A stretch of 26,408 bases of DNA from a virus. Lineage: Duplodnaviria > Caudoviricetes. The position numbers and the translations under genes were made by a program. Positions 7,138 to 16,666 of the stretch are shown one piece after another (positions within the stretch are counted from its first letter, which is position 1; each line of letters begins with the position of its first letter). The notes under the pieces were generated by a model that saw only the letters and a list, made by a program, of their open reading frames with translations, made no database searches and was not told where the DNA came from. The stretch lies in the IMG/VR virus record IMGVR_UViG_3300011334_000072, positions 1 through 26,408 of that record; one strand, 5' to 3'.

Positions 7138-7157
7138 TAAAAATTATGTAAAACAAA

Positions 7158-7568
7158 ATGGCAAACGAACAAAATTTAGTAAGTTTTAAGAAAGGTCAAT
7201 CAGGGAATCCAAATGGTCGACCAAAGAAATACGTTACTTTGTTAAAAGAATCAGGTTATAATATGACCGAGATTGGAATAACAATTCGTAAAATGCTTGC
7301 TATGAATATTGACCAACTTAAAGAGATATTTGATAATCCTGAAAGTTCAATATTAGAAAAGACAATCGCTGGAGCAATGAATAAGTCTTTAAAAAACGGT
7401 TCATTGTATTCAATAGAAACTTTATTAAGTAGAGTATTTGGTAAGCCTAAAGAATCGGCTGACATAAAACAAGATACTGAAATAACTATAAAATTTGCCA
7501 ATGGAGATTACCCTACCGACTCCACACGAGGCGCAGAAAAAAGTATTACAGAGCAAGGCGAGGTTTAG
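7158..7568 (+). CDS. Terminase small subunit (DUF5681-like)
   Basis: N-terminal NLxxFKKGQSGNPNGRPK, C-terminal LLSRVFGKPKE, directly upstream of the large terminase. Confidence 0.8.
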   Translation: MANEQNLVSFKKGQSGNPNGRPKKYVTLLKESGYNMTEIGITIRKMLAMNIDQLKEIFDNPESSILEKTIAGAMNKSLKNGSLYSIETLLSRVFGKPKESADIKQDTEITIKFANGDYPTDSTRGAEKSITEQGEV

Positions 7569-8667
7569 AGTGCTAATGTGCGGGCGAAGATTTGGCAAGT
7601 CATTGATTAGCCAGGTCATTACTTGCGTAGAGGCATTACAAGGGAAGTCAGTTGCCTACATAACTCCGACCTATAAATTAGCTAAAGTCTTTTTTGATGA
7701 TATTGCTTTAATACTTCCTCCCGAAGTAGCAACTTCTAATATATCAGATTTAACTTTTAAATTGGCTACGGGTGGAACAATTCGATTTTTTACGGGAGAG
7801 CGATTAGACAATCTGCGTGGTTTAAGATTTCATTATGTTATTATCGATGAGGCTTCCTATATCCCTAATTTAGAGAACGGTTGGAATAATGCTATAAGAC
7901 CTACCTTAACTGATTATCGAGGCAAGGCGCTATTCCTCTCGACTCCAAGAGGTAAGAATTATTTCTATTCATTGTATTTAAAAGGATTAGAAGCAAACGG
8001 AGAATGGGAATCGTTTAAATATTCGACTTATGATAACCCGTATATTCCTAAAGATGAGATTGATTCAATTAAGCAATCAGCTATTCCCGTAGTTTTTGAG
8101 CAGGAATATCTCGCCAATCCAGCAGAGAACGCTGCGAATCCATTTGGTAGCGATGCAATTAGGAAGTGTACATCGGACTTATCTACCAATATTGTTAAAT
8201 GTTACGGAGTCGATTTGGCAAAGTACTCAGATTGGACTGTTATTATCGGTTTAGATAATAGTGGTAATGTGGCTTATTATGACCGATTTCAGAAGGATTG
8301 GGCATCAACTCAGAACATAATTCGTAATTTACCAAAAGCACCGATGTTAATTGATAGTACTGGAGTAGGTGACCCGATAGTCGAGCAATTACAACGGGAA
8401 GGGATGGATATAGAAGGGTTTAAATTTACAAGTCAAAGCAAGCAAGAATTAATGCTTGGTCTTCAAGTGGCAATACATCAGGAACGTGTACATTATCCCG
8501 AAGGAATGATTAAAAATGAGTTAGAAGTTTTCGAGTATCAATATACATCACACGGAGTAAAGTATTCAGCACCAACGGGATTTACGGATGACTGCGTATG
8601 CGCTTTAGCATTAGCTTGGCGCAAGTTTGATTTTAAGTCAGGCACGGGCAGATACAACTTTGTTTAA
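7501..8667 (+). CDS. terL: Terminase large subunit
   Basis: Walker A GRRFGKS, Walker B VIIDEAS, STPRG coupling motif, nuclease GVDLA...DWT and DDCVCALALA. ATG at 7501 is preferred to TTG at 7495. Confidence 0.95.
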   Translation: MEITLPTPHEAQKKVLQSKARFRVLMCGRRFGKSLISQVITCVEALQGKSVAYITPTYKLAKVFFDDIALILPPEVATSNISDLTFKLATGGTIRFFTGERLDNLRGLRFHYVIIDEASYIPNLENGWNNAIRPTLTDYRGKALFLSTPRGKNYFYSLYLKGLEANGEWESFKYSTYDNPYIPKDEIDSIKQSAIPVVFEQEYLANPAENAANPFGSDAIRKCTSDLSTNIVKCYGVDLAKYSDWTVIIGLDNSGNVAYYDRFQKDWASTQNIIRNLPKAPMLIDSTGVGDPIVEQLQREGMDIEGFKFTSQSKQELMLGLQVAIHQERVHYPEGMIKNELEVFEYQYTSHGVKYSAPTGFTDDCVCALALAWRKFDFKSGTGRYNFV

Positions 8668-8670
8668 TTA

Positions 8671-8679
8671 GCTATTTAT
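8671..8679 (+). promoter_or_regulatory. GCTATTTAT motif, candidate phage late promoter
   Basis: Occupies the 16-nt gap between terL and the tail genes. Confidence 0.55.
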
Positions 8680-8683
8680 AAAT

Positions 8684-9445
8684 ATGAACTGGAAAGATGT
8701 CACGGTATGGCAATGGCAACAAATTCAAGTTTTATCCGATAAAAAGGATTCAATCAAAGATTATGATTTAATTCTTGAAACGGTTGCAATTTTACAACAT
8801 AAAACAAAGCAAGAGATTCTTGCATTAGATAAAAATAAAATAGAAAAAATAGTAAAAGATATTGAGTTTTTAAATAATTCAAATCCTGAAATTAAAGCGG
8901 TTAATTTTATAAGTGTAGGAAAGAAAAAGTACAAATGTAATTACGATGCTAAGTTTAGTCCAGCTGGTAGATACATTGAAACTAAATATTTCTTAAACGA
9001 TATAAAAGCAAACTTACATAAGATTGGAGCATCAATGATTATACCGATGCGACCAACTTGGCGAGGATGGAAAGAAGATAAATATGAATCTAAATATCAT
9101 ATTGATTATGCGGAGGATTTATTATCAGCACCATTTGAACAAGTCTTTGGAAGTGTAATGAATTGGATTACTAATATTAAAAATCTTGATTCAGGATTTA
9201 AAGGATTATTTAATTCCGAAGGAAAAGGAGAAGTTGAAGATTCAAGGCAAGTAAAGAATAGTTTTATGAGTCAGTTTGGTTGGATATATCAGGCTTCATT
9301 AATTAGTGAACATGAAAAGATTAAACTTGAAGATGTATTTGAATTACCAGCGATTCAGTTTTTAAATGATTTAAGTTATATATCGGCTAAGATAAATTAC
9401 GATAACGAACAAAGAAAAAAGATAAGTGGCAACAAATATAACTAA
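8684..9445 (+). CDS. Hypothetical protein, possible tail assembly chaperone
   Basis: 253 aa at the head of the tail block. Helical C-terminus GWIY...EDVFELPAIQFLNDLSY is reminiscent of chaperone T-segments. The function is inferred. Confidence 0.5.
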   Translation: MNWKDVTVWQWQQIQVLSDKKDSIKDYDLILETVAILQHKTKQEILALDKNKIEKIVKDIEFLNNSNPEIKAVNFISVGKKKYKCNYDAKFSPAGRYIETKYFLNDIKANLHKIGASMIIPMRPTWRGWKEDKYESKYHIDYAEDLLSAPFEQVFGSVMNWITNIKNLDSGFKGLFNSEGKGEVEDSRQVKNSFMSQFGWIYQASLISEHEKIKLEDVFELPAIQFLNDLSYISAKINYDNEQRKKISGNKYN

Positions 9446-10112
9446 GGAACAATTAGCCAATTTAGATGTACTTGAATTAACGGGTAAAGACCGTAATTAT
9501 TACGGTACTCCTAAAGCCTTAGATTCAGTTGGTCAGCTATTAGATAATTCTGTTAAAATATTTCTTAATAGAGCAATTGCTAAAATCAATCAAAAGAAAA
9601 GAATTGATAATGGCAATATGCAAGATATTGTATTAGTTAGAAGAGAATTTTCTAATGGTAGTTATAAATATGATATTGGATATGATGACTCAAATCCAGC
9701 AAGTAAGTATTGGGATTATCAAGATAAAGGAGTAAAAGGAGTTACAAGTGGTCAACCATCAAGTAGTCCTTATTTTTTTAAAAAATTAACGGTTGGAGGC
9801 GAGTTTTTAGAAAGATTAGTTGATTGGTATGGTAGGCATAAAAATTATATTAAAGGTGAAGACCAAAAAAAGAATTTAAGAAACATTCAAAAAAAGAGAG
9901 CAAAACTTGGAAGTATTGCAGATAATAAAATTCGAGGTATTGCTTATGTAACTGGATTAAAAATTAAAAGAGAAGGCTTACCAACAATAGGATTTTCAAA
10001 GGCTGGATATGATGCGGCTTTTAATGAGCAGTTTTTTAAGAATTTAGCTAAAGCATTAGGAAAAGATATTAAAATAAATATTGTAGAAACAATAAATATA
10101 AAACAAAATTAA
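9426..10112 (+). CDS. Basic virion morphogenesis protein (tail completion / HK97 gp10-like)
   Basis: Lys-rich, with a YWDYQDKGVKG motif and IKREG near the C-terminus. GTG start. Confidence 0.5.
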   Translation: MATNITKEQLANLDVLELTGKDRNYYGTPKALDSVGQLLDNSVKIFLNRAIAKINQKKRIDNGNMQDIVLVRREFSNGSYKYDIGYDDSNPASKYWDYQDKGVKGVTSGQPSSSPYFFKKLTVGGEFLERLVDWYGRHKNYIKGEDQKKNLRNIQKKRAKLGSIADNKIRGIAYVTGLKIKREGLPTIGFSKAGYDAAFNEQFFKNLAKALGKDIKINIVETINIKQN

Positions 10113-10114
10113 TA

Positions 10115-11263
10115 ATGGCAATTACAAGTAAGACTGCACCACCATCATATTCTTCGGCACACGATGCTTTATGGCATATAATAAATTCAGATAAAAAAAC
10201 AGAATCATCTTTTAAATATGTATTTGATGTACAAGTTGGTGGGCAATCCGTTGCCACACTTAAAAATTTTGCAGACTCAGGCGGATATGGTGTACTTGAT
10301 GTCGCTCCCATTGTCAGAAATTATTTTGGAAGCGGTTTTAACCCATCAGGACATTCACTCTTACACTATGCTGGTTCATTCTTATTCATTGACTACACAG
10401 TTGCTTACGGAGAAGAATACGGAGGTACAACATATTTGAATTTAAGTTCTGATACTGCTAAGGGATGGAACTATTCTTTAAATCCTTTTAGGACTTCAAT
10501 ATCAACTTATGCAAATAAGTTTTTAACGACACGAGATAGAAATGCTGGAGAGGTAATGAATGGAGAAAAGTTTTACATCACTTATTTTAATGCTAACTTA
10601 TCAGCAGTAACGGCAACAATTCAAAAGATTAATGAAGATGGCAGTAATAATGGAAGTGCTTCAACTGGTGGAACGTTATCGAGTCTTTCATCTTTGCTTT
10701 TAGATTTAAGTCCATATGCAATAAATACCTATTTAGGAACTACATTTATTACGGCTACAACTTATGGATATAAAGTTACGATTGGTTCTGATACGATGAT
10801 TATGAAACAAGTTTGTGCGCCAAGATTTACTCCTATAAATTTAGTATTTCAAAATCAATTTGGAGGATATGATACTTTTGGTTTTAGATTACTTAATCGC
10901 CAACAAAAGAATTTTAAAAGAACAACTTATCAGACTGCTGAATATCAAAGGAACGAAATTTCAATGGCTTATAAATCAAGTTCGGGAGTTCACTATGGTG
11001 GAGTGCAAGCATTAGCCACTCAAATCGATTGGAGTTACCTTGTAACGAGTGATTATATATCAGCAATAGATTATGCTCTTGGCTCTGAATTGCTTGCTTC
11101 TAATGAGGTTTATTTGCATATCACAAATGGAGATTCAGAAGATTATTATCCAATTATAATGAAGGATACAAACTACCAAGAAAAAGTAAGTACTTCAGAT
11201 AAATTATTTAATTATCAACTTCAATTTGATTTAGGTCAAAAACAATTTAGCCAATTTAGATAA
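10115..11263 (+). CDS. Minor tail / baseplate (distal-tail-like) protein
   Basis: 382 aa, beta-rich (FKYVFDV, FQNQFGGYDTFGF, ELLASNEVY), coupled to the next tail gene. Confidence 0.6.
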   Translation: MAITSKTAPPSYSSAHDALWHIINSDKKTESSFKYVFDVQVGGQSVATLKNFADSGGYGVLDVAPIVRNYFGSGFNPSGHSLLHYAGSFLFIDYTVAYGEEYGGTTYLNLSSDTAKGWNYSLNPFRTSISTYANKFLTTRDRNAGEVMNGEKFYITYFNANLSAVTATIQKINEDGSNNGSASTGGTLSSLSSLLLDLSPYAINTYLGTTFITATTYGYKVTIGSDTMIMKQVCAPRFTPINLVFQNQFGGYDTFGFRLLNRQQKNFKRTTYQTAEYQRNEISMAYKSSSGVHYGGVQALATQIDWSYLVTSDYISAIDYALGSELLASNEVYLHITNGDSEDYYPIIMKDTNYQEKVSTSDKLFNYQLQFDLGQKQFSQFR

Positions 11264-13449
11264 TGATAACTGAAATAATAATTGAACAACAAAGACTTGA
11301 TTTATTTGAAGATTTAGGAGCAGAATTAAATTATGCAATAGATGACATTAAAGATTTTTCAGCGAGGAATACAAATTATTCGAAAACGATTAACGTACCT
11401 GGTAACGCAAACAATAATAAAGTGTTTGGTCATATCTATAATTTTACCAGTGGTAATATTAAACTTGTTGATGAAAATGGTCAAGATAATTTACCAAATG
11501 TGGGTTATAATTTTAACCCGACCAAGCAAGCGAATTGTCAGATATTTGTTAACAAGATTCAAGTTTTTAAGGGAGTTCTTCGCCTTTTGGAGATAACCAT
11601 TCAGAACGGAGTTATAGAATATCAATGTGCAGTATTTGGGGAGTTAGGTGGATTTGCCTCCGCAATTGGTAATTCATTGCTTGAGGATATGGATAATTTT
11701 AATAAGTATGTTCAGCAATGGAATAAAAGTACAGTTGTTAATTCTTGGACTGCTTCAGGTGTCGCAAGTGGTTTAGGAATTGTTTACCCATTAATTGATT
11801 ACGGTAATTGTAATGATGTTAAAGATTGGCATTTAGATGCGTTTAGACCAGCATTTTTTGTCCACGAAATAATGGATGGGATAATTACTAATGCAAATTA
11901 CACGTATACTTCTGCTTTTTTTGATACGCCTTATTTTAAAAGTTTAATTATTCCAAATAACAAAGCAAACCTTGAGCAATTAACACAAGATTTATTAAGA
12001 GTAGCAAGCAATACGGCTTTAGATAGTGGTTCAAGTACGGGGACTGGTGGAGATTTAGTTTTTAATGTAATAACAAATTTAGTTTTATTTTCAAATACTA
12101 CTAATCAATCTTTTACATTTATAGCACCAGGCACTAATAATACATTAGGTAAAATTAAATTATCAGGAAGTGTTTCATTGTCAAGACCTGGCACAATGAC
12201 AATTAAACTTTATCAGTCTGCATCTATTGTTTATGAAGAGACTTTTACCACTTATGTAGATTATCAACAAATTCCTATTGATTGGCTTGTAACTACTTCA
12301 TTAGATTTAGGGGATGTATTAAGTGTAAATGCTACTTTTAGTGCAAGCGAAACTTATGTAACACTTGACCCTGATTTAGTTTTAGAATTTGTTGCAGATT
12401 ATCCTCAAAGTGCTAATGCTACATTGGATGTTATATTAAATATGAAGCATTTACTACCTAAAGGAATCCAACAAAAAGATTTTTTTGCTTCAATATGTAG
12501 AATGTTTAATTTATACGTTTATGAAGACCCACAAAAATCAACTCATCTTTTAATTGAGCCATACATAGAATTTTATCGTAAAGGCGCTGGCTTCTTAAAA
12601 ATAAATGATGTAGGCGAATTATTATTGCACGGAGAAACTGGAGATACTACTGGGTTACTTTTGCTTTCAGACCCTATTGCCGATTCTATTGATTGGTCGA
12701 ATAAGATAGACTATTCAAAAGAAATTTCAATTAAACCAATGTCGGAATTAAATGCCCGATATTACGATTTTCTTTATACTGAAGATGATGATTATTACAA
12801 CGAGAGATACAATAAAAAATATAATGAAACCTATGCAGATAGGAAGGAAGATACAAGATTTCCATTTGCTGAAGATAGGTCTGAAACTAAAATAATTTTT
12901 AGTCCAAGTATATTAACTGCTTCAACTACTGATACCAAATTAAGGGCAAATTTATTTAAAGAAACTAATGGAACTGCTGAAAGGAAAGACAATAATATTC
13001 GTATTATGTTTTTTAAAAATGTAGCAAGTGATAGCAGTTACCATATAAAGCGAGTTTATCCAACTAATGGCAATTTACCTGGCGATGCTTTAAATGCTTA
13101 TGGGTACGCTGGACATTTAGATGACCCGATTGAGCCAACGGTAGATTTAAATTTTGGAGCGCCTAATGAATTTTATTTTAAGTTATTAAATCCTTATCCA
13201 TCAGCAAATTTATTTAATGCGTGGTGGGATGAATATTTGGCTGAAATAATAAGCAAAGATAGTAAGCTATTAAGTTGCTATTTATATTTAACCGTTCAGG
13301 ATATTCATTCGCTTGACTTTGCTCAACTAATTTATATTGATGGCGCATTATGGAGATTAAATAAAGTAATTGATTTTAATCCGAGTATTCCTAAAACAAC
13401 CAAATGTGAATTGTTAAGAGTAATTGAATTATTTTATCCAAGTTTATAA
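11263..13449 (+). CDS. Minor tail / baseplate hub protein
   Basis: 728 aa with LDL...IDDIKDFSARNTNYSKTINVPG...NNKVF, YPLIDYG, QKDFF...MFNLY and WRLNKVIDF motifs recalled from Bacteroidota siphovirus tail proteins. Confidence 0.7.
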   Translation: MITEIIIEQQRLDLFEDLGAELNYAIDDIKDFSARNTNYSKTINVPGNANNNKVFGHIYNFTSGNIKLVDENGQDNLPNVGYNFNPTKQANCQIFVNKIQVFKGVLRLLEITIQNGVIEYQCAVFGELGGFASAIGNSLLEDMDNFNKYVQQWNKSTVVNSWTASGVASGLGIVYPLIDYGNCNDVKDWHLDAFRPAFFVHEIMDGIITNANYTYTSAFFDTPYFKSLIIPNNKANLEQLTQDLLRVASNTALDSGSSTGTGGDLVFNVITNLVLFSNTTNQSFTFIAPGTNNTLGKIKLSGSVSLSRPGTMTIKLYQSASIVYEETFTTYVDYQQIPIDWLVTTSLDLGDVLSVNATFSASETYVTLDPDLVLEFVADYPQSANATLDVILNMKHLLPKGIQQKDFFASICRMFNLYVYEDPQKSTHLLIEPYIEFYRKGAGFLKINDVGELLLHGETGDTTGLLLLSDPIADSIDWSNKIDYSKEISIKPMSELNARYYDFLYTEDDDYYNERYNKKYNETYADRKEDTRFPFAEDRSETKIIFSPSILTASTTDTKLRANLFKETNGTAERKDNNIRIMFFKNVASDSSYHIKRVYPTNGNLPGDALNAYGYAGHLDDPIEPTVDLNFGAPNEFYFKLLNPYPSANLFNAWWDEYLAEIISKDSKLLSCYLYLTVQDIHSLDFAQLIYIDGALWRLNKVIDFNPSIPKTTKCELLRVIELFYPSL

Positions 13450-15410
13450 TGGCTCAAAAAGAAAATGTAATAATTACCGTTGAAGCAAAGACTGGAGATT
13501 CTGCAAAGAATGTTGGAGAATTAAAAGACAAGATTGACGAAGTTGGTGATAGTGCTGAGAAAGCTGGTAAGCAAGCATCTGAAAGCAAAGGTGCATTTAG
13601 TTCTTTAGGTCAAGCTGTTAAGACTCTTGCAAGTGCTTCAATTATTTTAAAGGTATTTGAAAAGTTTGGAGAAATACTTTCAGGCAATTCAAAGATTACA
13701 AAAGTATTAGCAGTAGCAACTGAGTCGCTTTCAATTATAGTTAGCGACTTTGTTAATTTTATTGTTGATAATACTGATGCAGTAGTAAATTTCTTTAAAA
13801 ATGCTTTTGAAAAACCTGGTGAGTTTGTTGAAAGTTTAGGGAAAAAAATAAAGGAAAATTTAATTGAAAGATTTAATTCTCTTTTAGAAGTTGGCGGATT
13901 TTTAGCATCGGCATTTAAAAACTTATTTGCGGGAGAATTTGATAAAGCCTTAGAAAACGTAAAAGATGCTGCAAAAGAATCGCTTGACGTTGTTACTGGT
14001 ATTAATAATACGGGAGATAAATTAGCTGATGCTGCTAAAAAAGTTATTGATTATACTAAAAATGTGGTCAAGGCTGCTGAAGCAAATGTTGACTTACAAA
14101 ATAATGCAGAATTAGCCGCTGCGAGATTAGGTGGATTAATTGAAAAATATGATAGACAAGCTGAGAAAGAAAGGCAAATAAGAGATGATACAACTAAGTC
14201 AATTCAAGATAGAATTGATGCTAATAATAGATTAGGAGTTGTTTTAGAAGAATCACAAAAAGCACAATTAGCGCAAGCTGGTTTATTAATTCAAGCGGCA
14301 GATGCTAATTTAAAAAAGGATTCAACTTCAATAGAATTTCAAAAGGCAAAGATTGAAGCACAAAATCAATATGCTGCCGTTTTAGCACAAGTAGAAGGAT
14401 TTAGGTCAGAGCAATTAATTAATCAAACGGGATTATTATTAGAGCAACAAAATCTTGAAAAAACAAGAATACAAAATCAAAGCCTTTTGTTGATTGCTCA
14501 AAAGAAAGCAAATGCTGATTTAATAGTTGATGAATTAGAAAAGGCTCAAGCAAAAAGAAAAATATTAGATGAGGAGGCAAATATTGAATTAAAACGATTA
14601 CAAGATAATATTAACATTGCAAAAGAAGGAACGCAAGCAAGAGTTGATGCTGAAATTGAATTTGCTAATAAGAAACAAGAAATTGAAATAAATAAGTTAG
14701 TTGCTGATAATGAAATAAGGTCAATTTATTATAATAGGCAATTAGAAGATTTGCAATTTATTCAAGATAATGAACTTGCTAAATTTGATGCAAAACGTGA
14801 AGCAGTTCAAGCAGAAAAAGAATTATTAGATAAGCAATATAAAGATAAATTAATAACGGAAAGAGATTACAATAAAAGAGTAAAAGAATTAAGTCTTCAA
14901 AGAAAGGAAATTGATAGAGCGGAACGTGTACAAAAAGAAGAAAACGCTAATGCTATCGGTGGAATATTAGGTGCATTATCAGGATTAGCAGAACAAGGAA
15001 CTGCTTTACAAAAAGGATTAGCATTAGGTCAAGTAGCTATTGACACGGCTACTTCAATTTCTTCTTTAATGGCAGTTTCAGAAGCAAACCCATTGAATAC
15101 ATTAACTTTTGGAGGCGCTGGTATTGCTCAATATGCTACTGGTATTATAAGGATACTTGCAAATGTGGCTCAAGCAAAAAGTATTTTAAGTAGCGTTCCA
15201 GGTGGAGGCTCTGCGCCAAGTACAAGTATTTCAGTGCCTACGGCTGAAGCGCCAGTAACTCCAACTTTTACCCCTAATGCGCCAACTGCTTTAGACCAAA
15301 CTTCTTTAAATGCAATTGGAAACGTTGCAGCAAGAGCATACGTTGTCGAGTCAGATATTACGGGTAGTCAAAAAAGAATTAGAAGAATTGAAAACTCTGC
15401 AAGAATTTAA
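13449..15410 (+). CDS. Tape measure-like protein
   Basis: 653 aa with a long Ala/Glu/Lys/Gln coiled coil, hydrophobic Gly/Ala segments near both ends and a C-terminal RAYVVESDIT motif. Confidence 0.7.
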   Translation: MAQKENVIITVEAKTGDSAKNVGELKDKIDEVGDSAEKAGKQASESKGAFSSLGQAVKTLASASIILKVFEKFGEILSGNSKITKVLAVATESLSIIVSDFVNFIVDNTDAVVNFFKNAFEKPGEFVESLGKKIKENLIERFNSLLEVGGFLASAFKNLFAGEFDKALENVKDAAKESLDVVTGINNTGDKLADAAKKVIDYTKNVVKAAEANVDLQNNAELAAARLGGLIEKYDRQAEKERQIRDDTTKSIQDRIDANNRLGVVLEESQKAQLAQAGLLIQAADANLKKDSTSIEFQKAKIEAQNQYAAVLAQVEGFRSEQLINQTGLLLEQQNLEKTRIQNQSLLLIAQKKANADLIVDELEKAQAKRKILDEEANIELKRLQDNINIAKEGTQARVDAEIEFANKKQEIEINKLVADNEIRSIYYNRQLEDLQFIQDNELAKFDAKREAVQAEKELLDKQYKDKLITERDYNKRVKELSLQRKEIDRAERVQKEENANAIGGILGALSGLAEQGTALQKGLALGQVAIDTATSISSLMAVSEANPLNTLTFGGAGIAQYATGIIRILANVAQAKSILSSVPGGGSAPSTSISVPTAEAPVTPTFTPNAPTALDQTSLNAIGNVAARAYVVESDITGSQKRIRRIENSARI

Positions 15411-15421
15411 AAACAAATAAT

Positions 15422-16012
15422 ATGAAATTACCAATTTACCAACTTGAAATTAGTGAAGATTTAAACGATGATGTCGAGGTTGACTTTGTTGCTTTGGTAG
15501 ACAGACCAGCAATAGAAAGAGATTTCTTAAAGTTTAAAGAAGACAAGGCAAAATTTGTTATTCAGTCAGAGGATAGAAGAATCGTATCAGGCGCTTTAAT
15601 GTTAGCCGATACTCCTATTTATCGTAATGACCAAAATGGCGAATACTACGTTACTTTTACTGCTCCAACGATTGAGAAGATAGCACAAAAGTTTTTTAAG
15701 AAAGGTTATCAATCAAACGTAAACTTGATGCACGATGAGGCTTTAGCAGTTGAAGGAGTAACGATGTACGAATCTTGGCTTGTAGATTCTTCAAGGGGAA
15801 TTATTGCAATGAAAGGATTTGAAGATGCTCCTGAAGGCTCTTGGTTTGGTAGTTTTAAAGTTGAAAATGAATCGGTTTGGAATAAGATTAAATCAGGAGA
15901 ATTTAAAGGATTTAGTGTTGAAGGGGTATTTAACTACAAGAAAGAAAAACAACCGATGAGCGTAGAAGAATCGCTATGGTCTGAGATTTGTTCGATTTTA
16001 GAACAAGTCTAA
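15422..16012 (+). CDS. Prohead serine protease (XkdF-like)
   Basis: VALVDRPAIE, VSGALM..D..IYR, NLMH, GSWF and IKSGEFKGFSVEG motifs. Confidence 0.85.
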   Translation: MKLPIYQLEISEDLNDDVEVDFVALVDRPAIERDFLKFKEDKAKFVIQSEDRRIVSGALMLADTPIYRNDQNGEYYVTFTAPTIEKIAQKFFKKGYQSNVNLMHDEALAVEGVTMYESWLVDSSRGIIAMKGFEDAPEGSWFGSFKVENESVWNKIKSGEFKGFSVEGVFNYKKEKQPMSVEESLWSEICSILEQV

Positions 16013-16033
16013 ATGATAAAGTATTAATTAATC

Positions 16034-16042
16034 AGTATTTAT
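16034..16042 (+). promoter_or_regulatory. AGTATTTAT, variant of the candidate late promoter
   Basis: TATTTAT core in the intergenic gap before the scaffold and capsid genes. Confidence 0.45.
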
Positions 16043-16067
16043 AATCAAACAATAGTAAAAACAATTT

Positions 16068-16646
16068 ATGAACGTTTCAGAAGCAATTGAAAAAATTAAA
16101 GTTATGTTAGCGGATAATGCCGTTCAACAAACTGAAGAAATTGCATCCGAGCCAGCGACTCAATTGGTATTCGAAACTTACGACCTTAAAGATGGTAGCA
16201 AAATCGATTTATCAAGTTTAGAGATTGGCGCAGATGCTATGCTTGTTGATGAATCAGGTAACTCAGTATCTGCTCCCGATGGCGAGTATGAATTAGCTGA
16301 TGGTACTATGATTACCGTTGCTGGTGGTAAAGTTGAAGGAATCGAAACTCCTCAAGCCGAAGCACCAACTTCAGAAGAAGCTCCTATGGAAGCCGATTCT
16401 CAATTTGATGAAATAAACTCAACTATTTCTTACTTGCAAGCCGAGAATGAGGCTTTAAAAAACAAGTTAGGAGAATTAGAGAGCAAGTTTAATCAAGGAT
16501 TTAGCGAAATGTTAAGTGTATTGGAAGGATTTTCAAAGACTCCAGTAGCTGACCCAATTCAAAATCCAAAAAACAATTTTAGAATCGTTGAGCCAAAGGC
16601 TGACAAGATAGAGCGATTCTTGGAAAGAGTAAAAACTTTAAATTAA
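16068..16646 (+). CDS. Capsid scaffolding-like protein
   Basis: Acidic, with an APDGEYELADG motif and a C-terminal coiled coil. Lies between the protease and the capsid gene. Confidence 0.7.
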   Translation: MNVSEAIEKIKVMLADNAVQQTEEIASEPATQLVFETYDLKDGSKIDLSSLEIGADAMLVDESGNSVSAPDGEYELADGTMITVAGGKVEGIETPQAEAPTSEEAPMEADSQFDEINSTISYLQAENEALKNKLGELESKFNQGFSEMLSVLEGFSKTPVADPIQNPKNNFRIVEPKADKIERFLERVKTLN

Positions 16647-16666
16647 ATTTTTAAAAAAGAAAAATT

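Noticed and set aside
7488-7568. terS/terL overlap with AAAATTTG as a possible frameshift site
   Set aside because: The heptamer is not in phase with the terS frame, and terL has its own ATG at 7501.
7256-7619. Minus-strand ORFs 7256-7501 and 7425-7619
   Set aside because: Antisense shadows of the terminase genes.
10069-11596. ORFs 10069-10311 (-), 10218-10439 (+) and 11342-11596 (+)
   Set aside because: Nested in long structural genes; typical off-frame artefacts.
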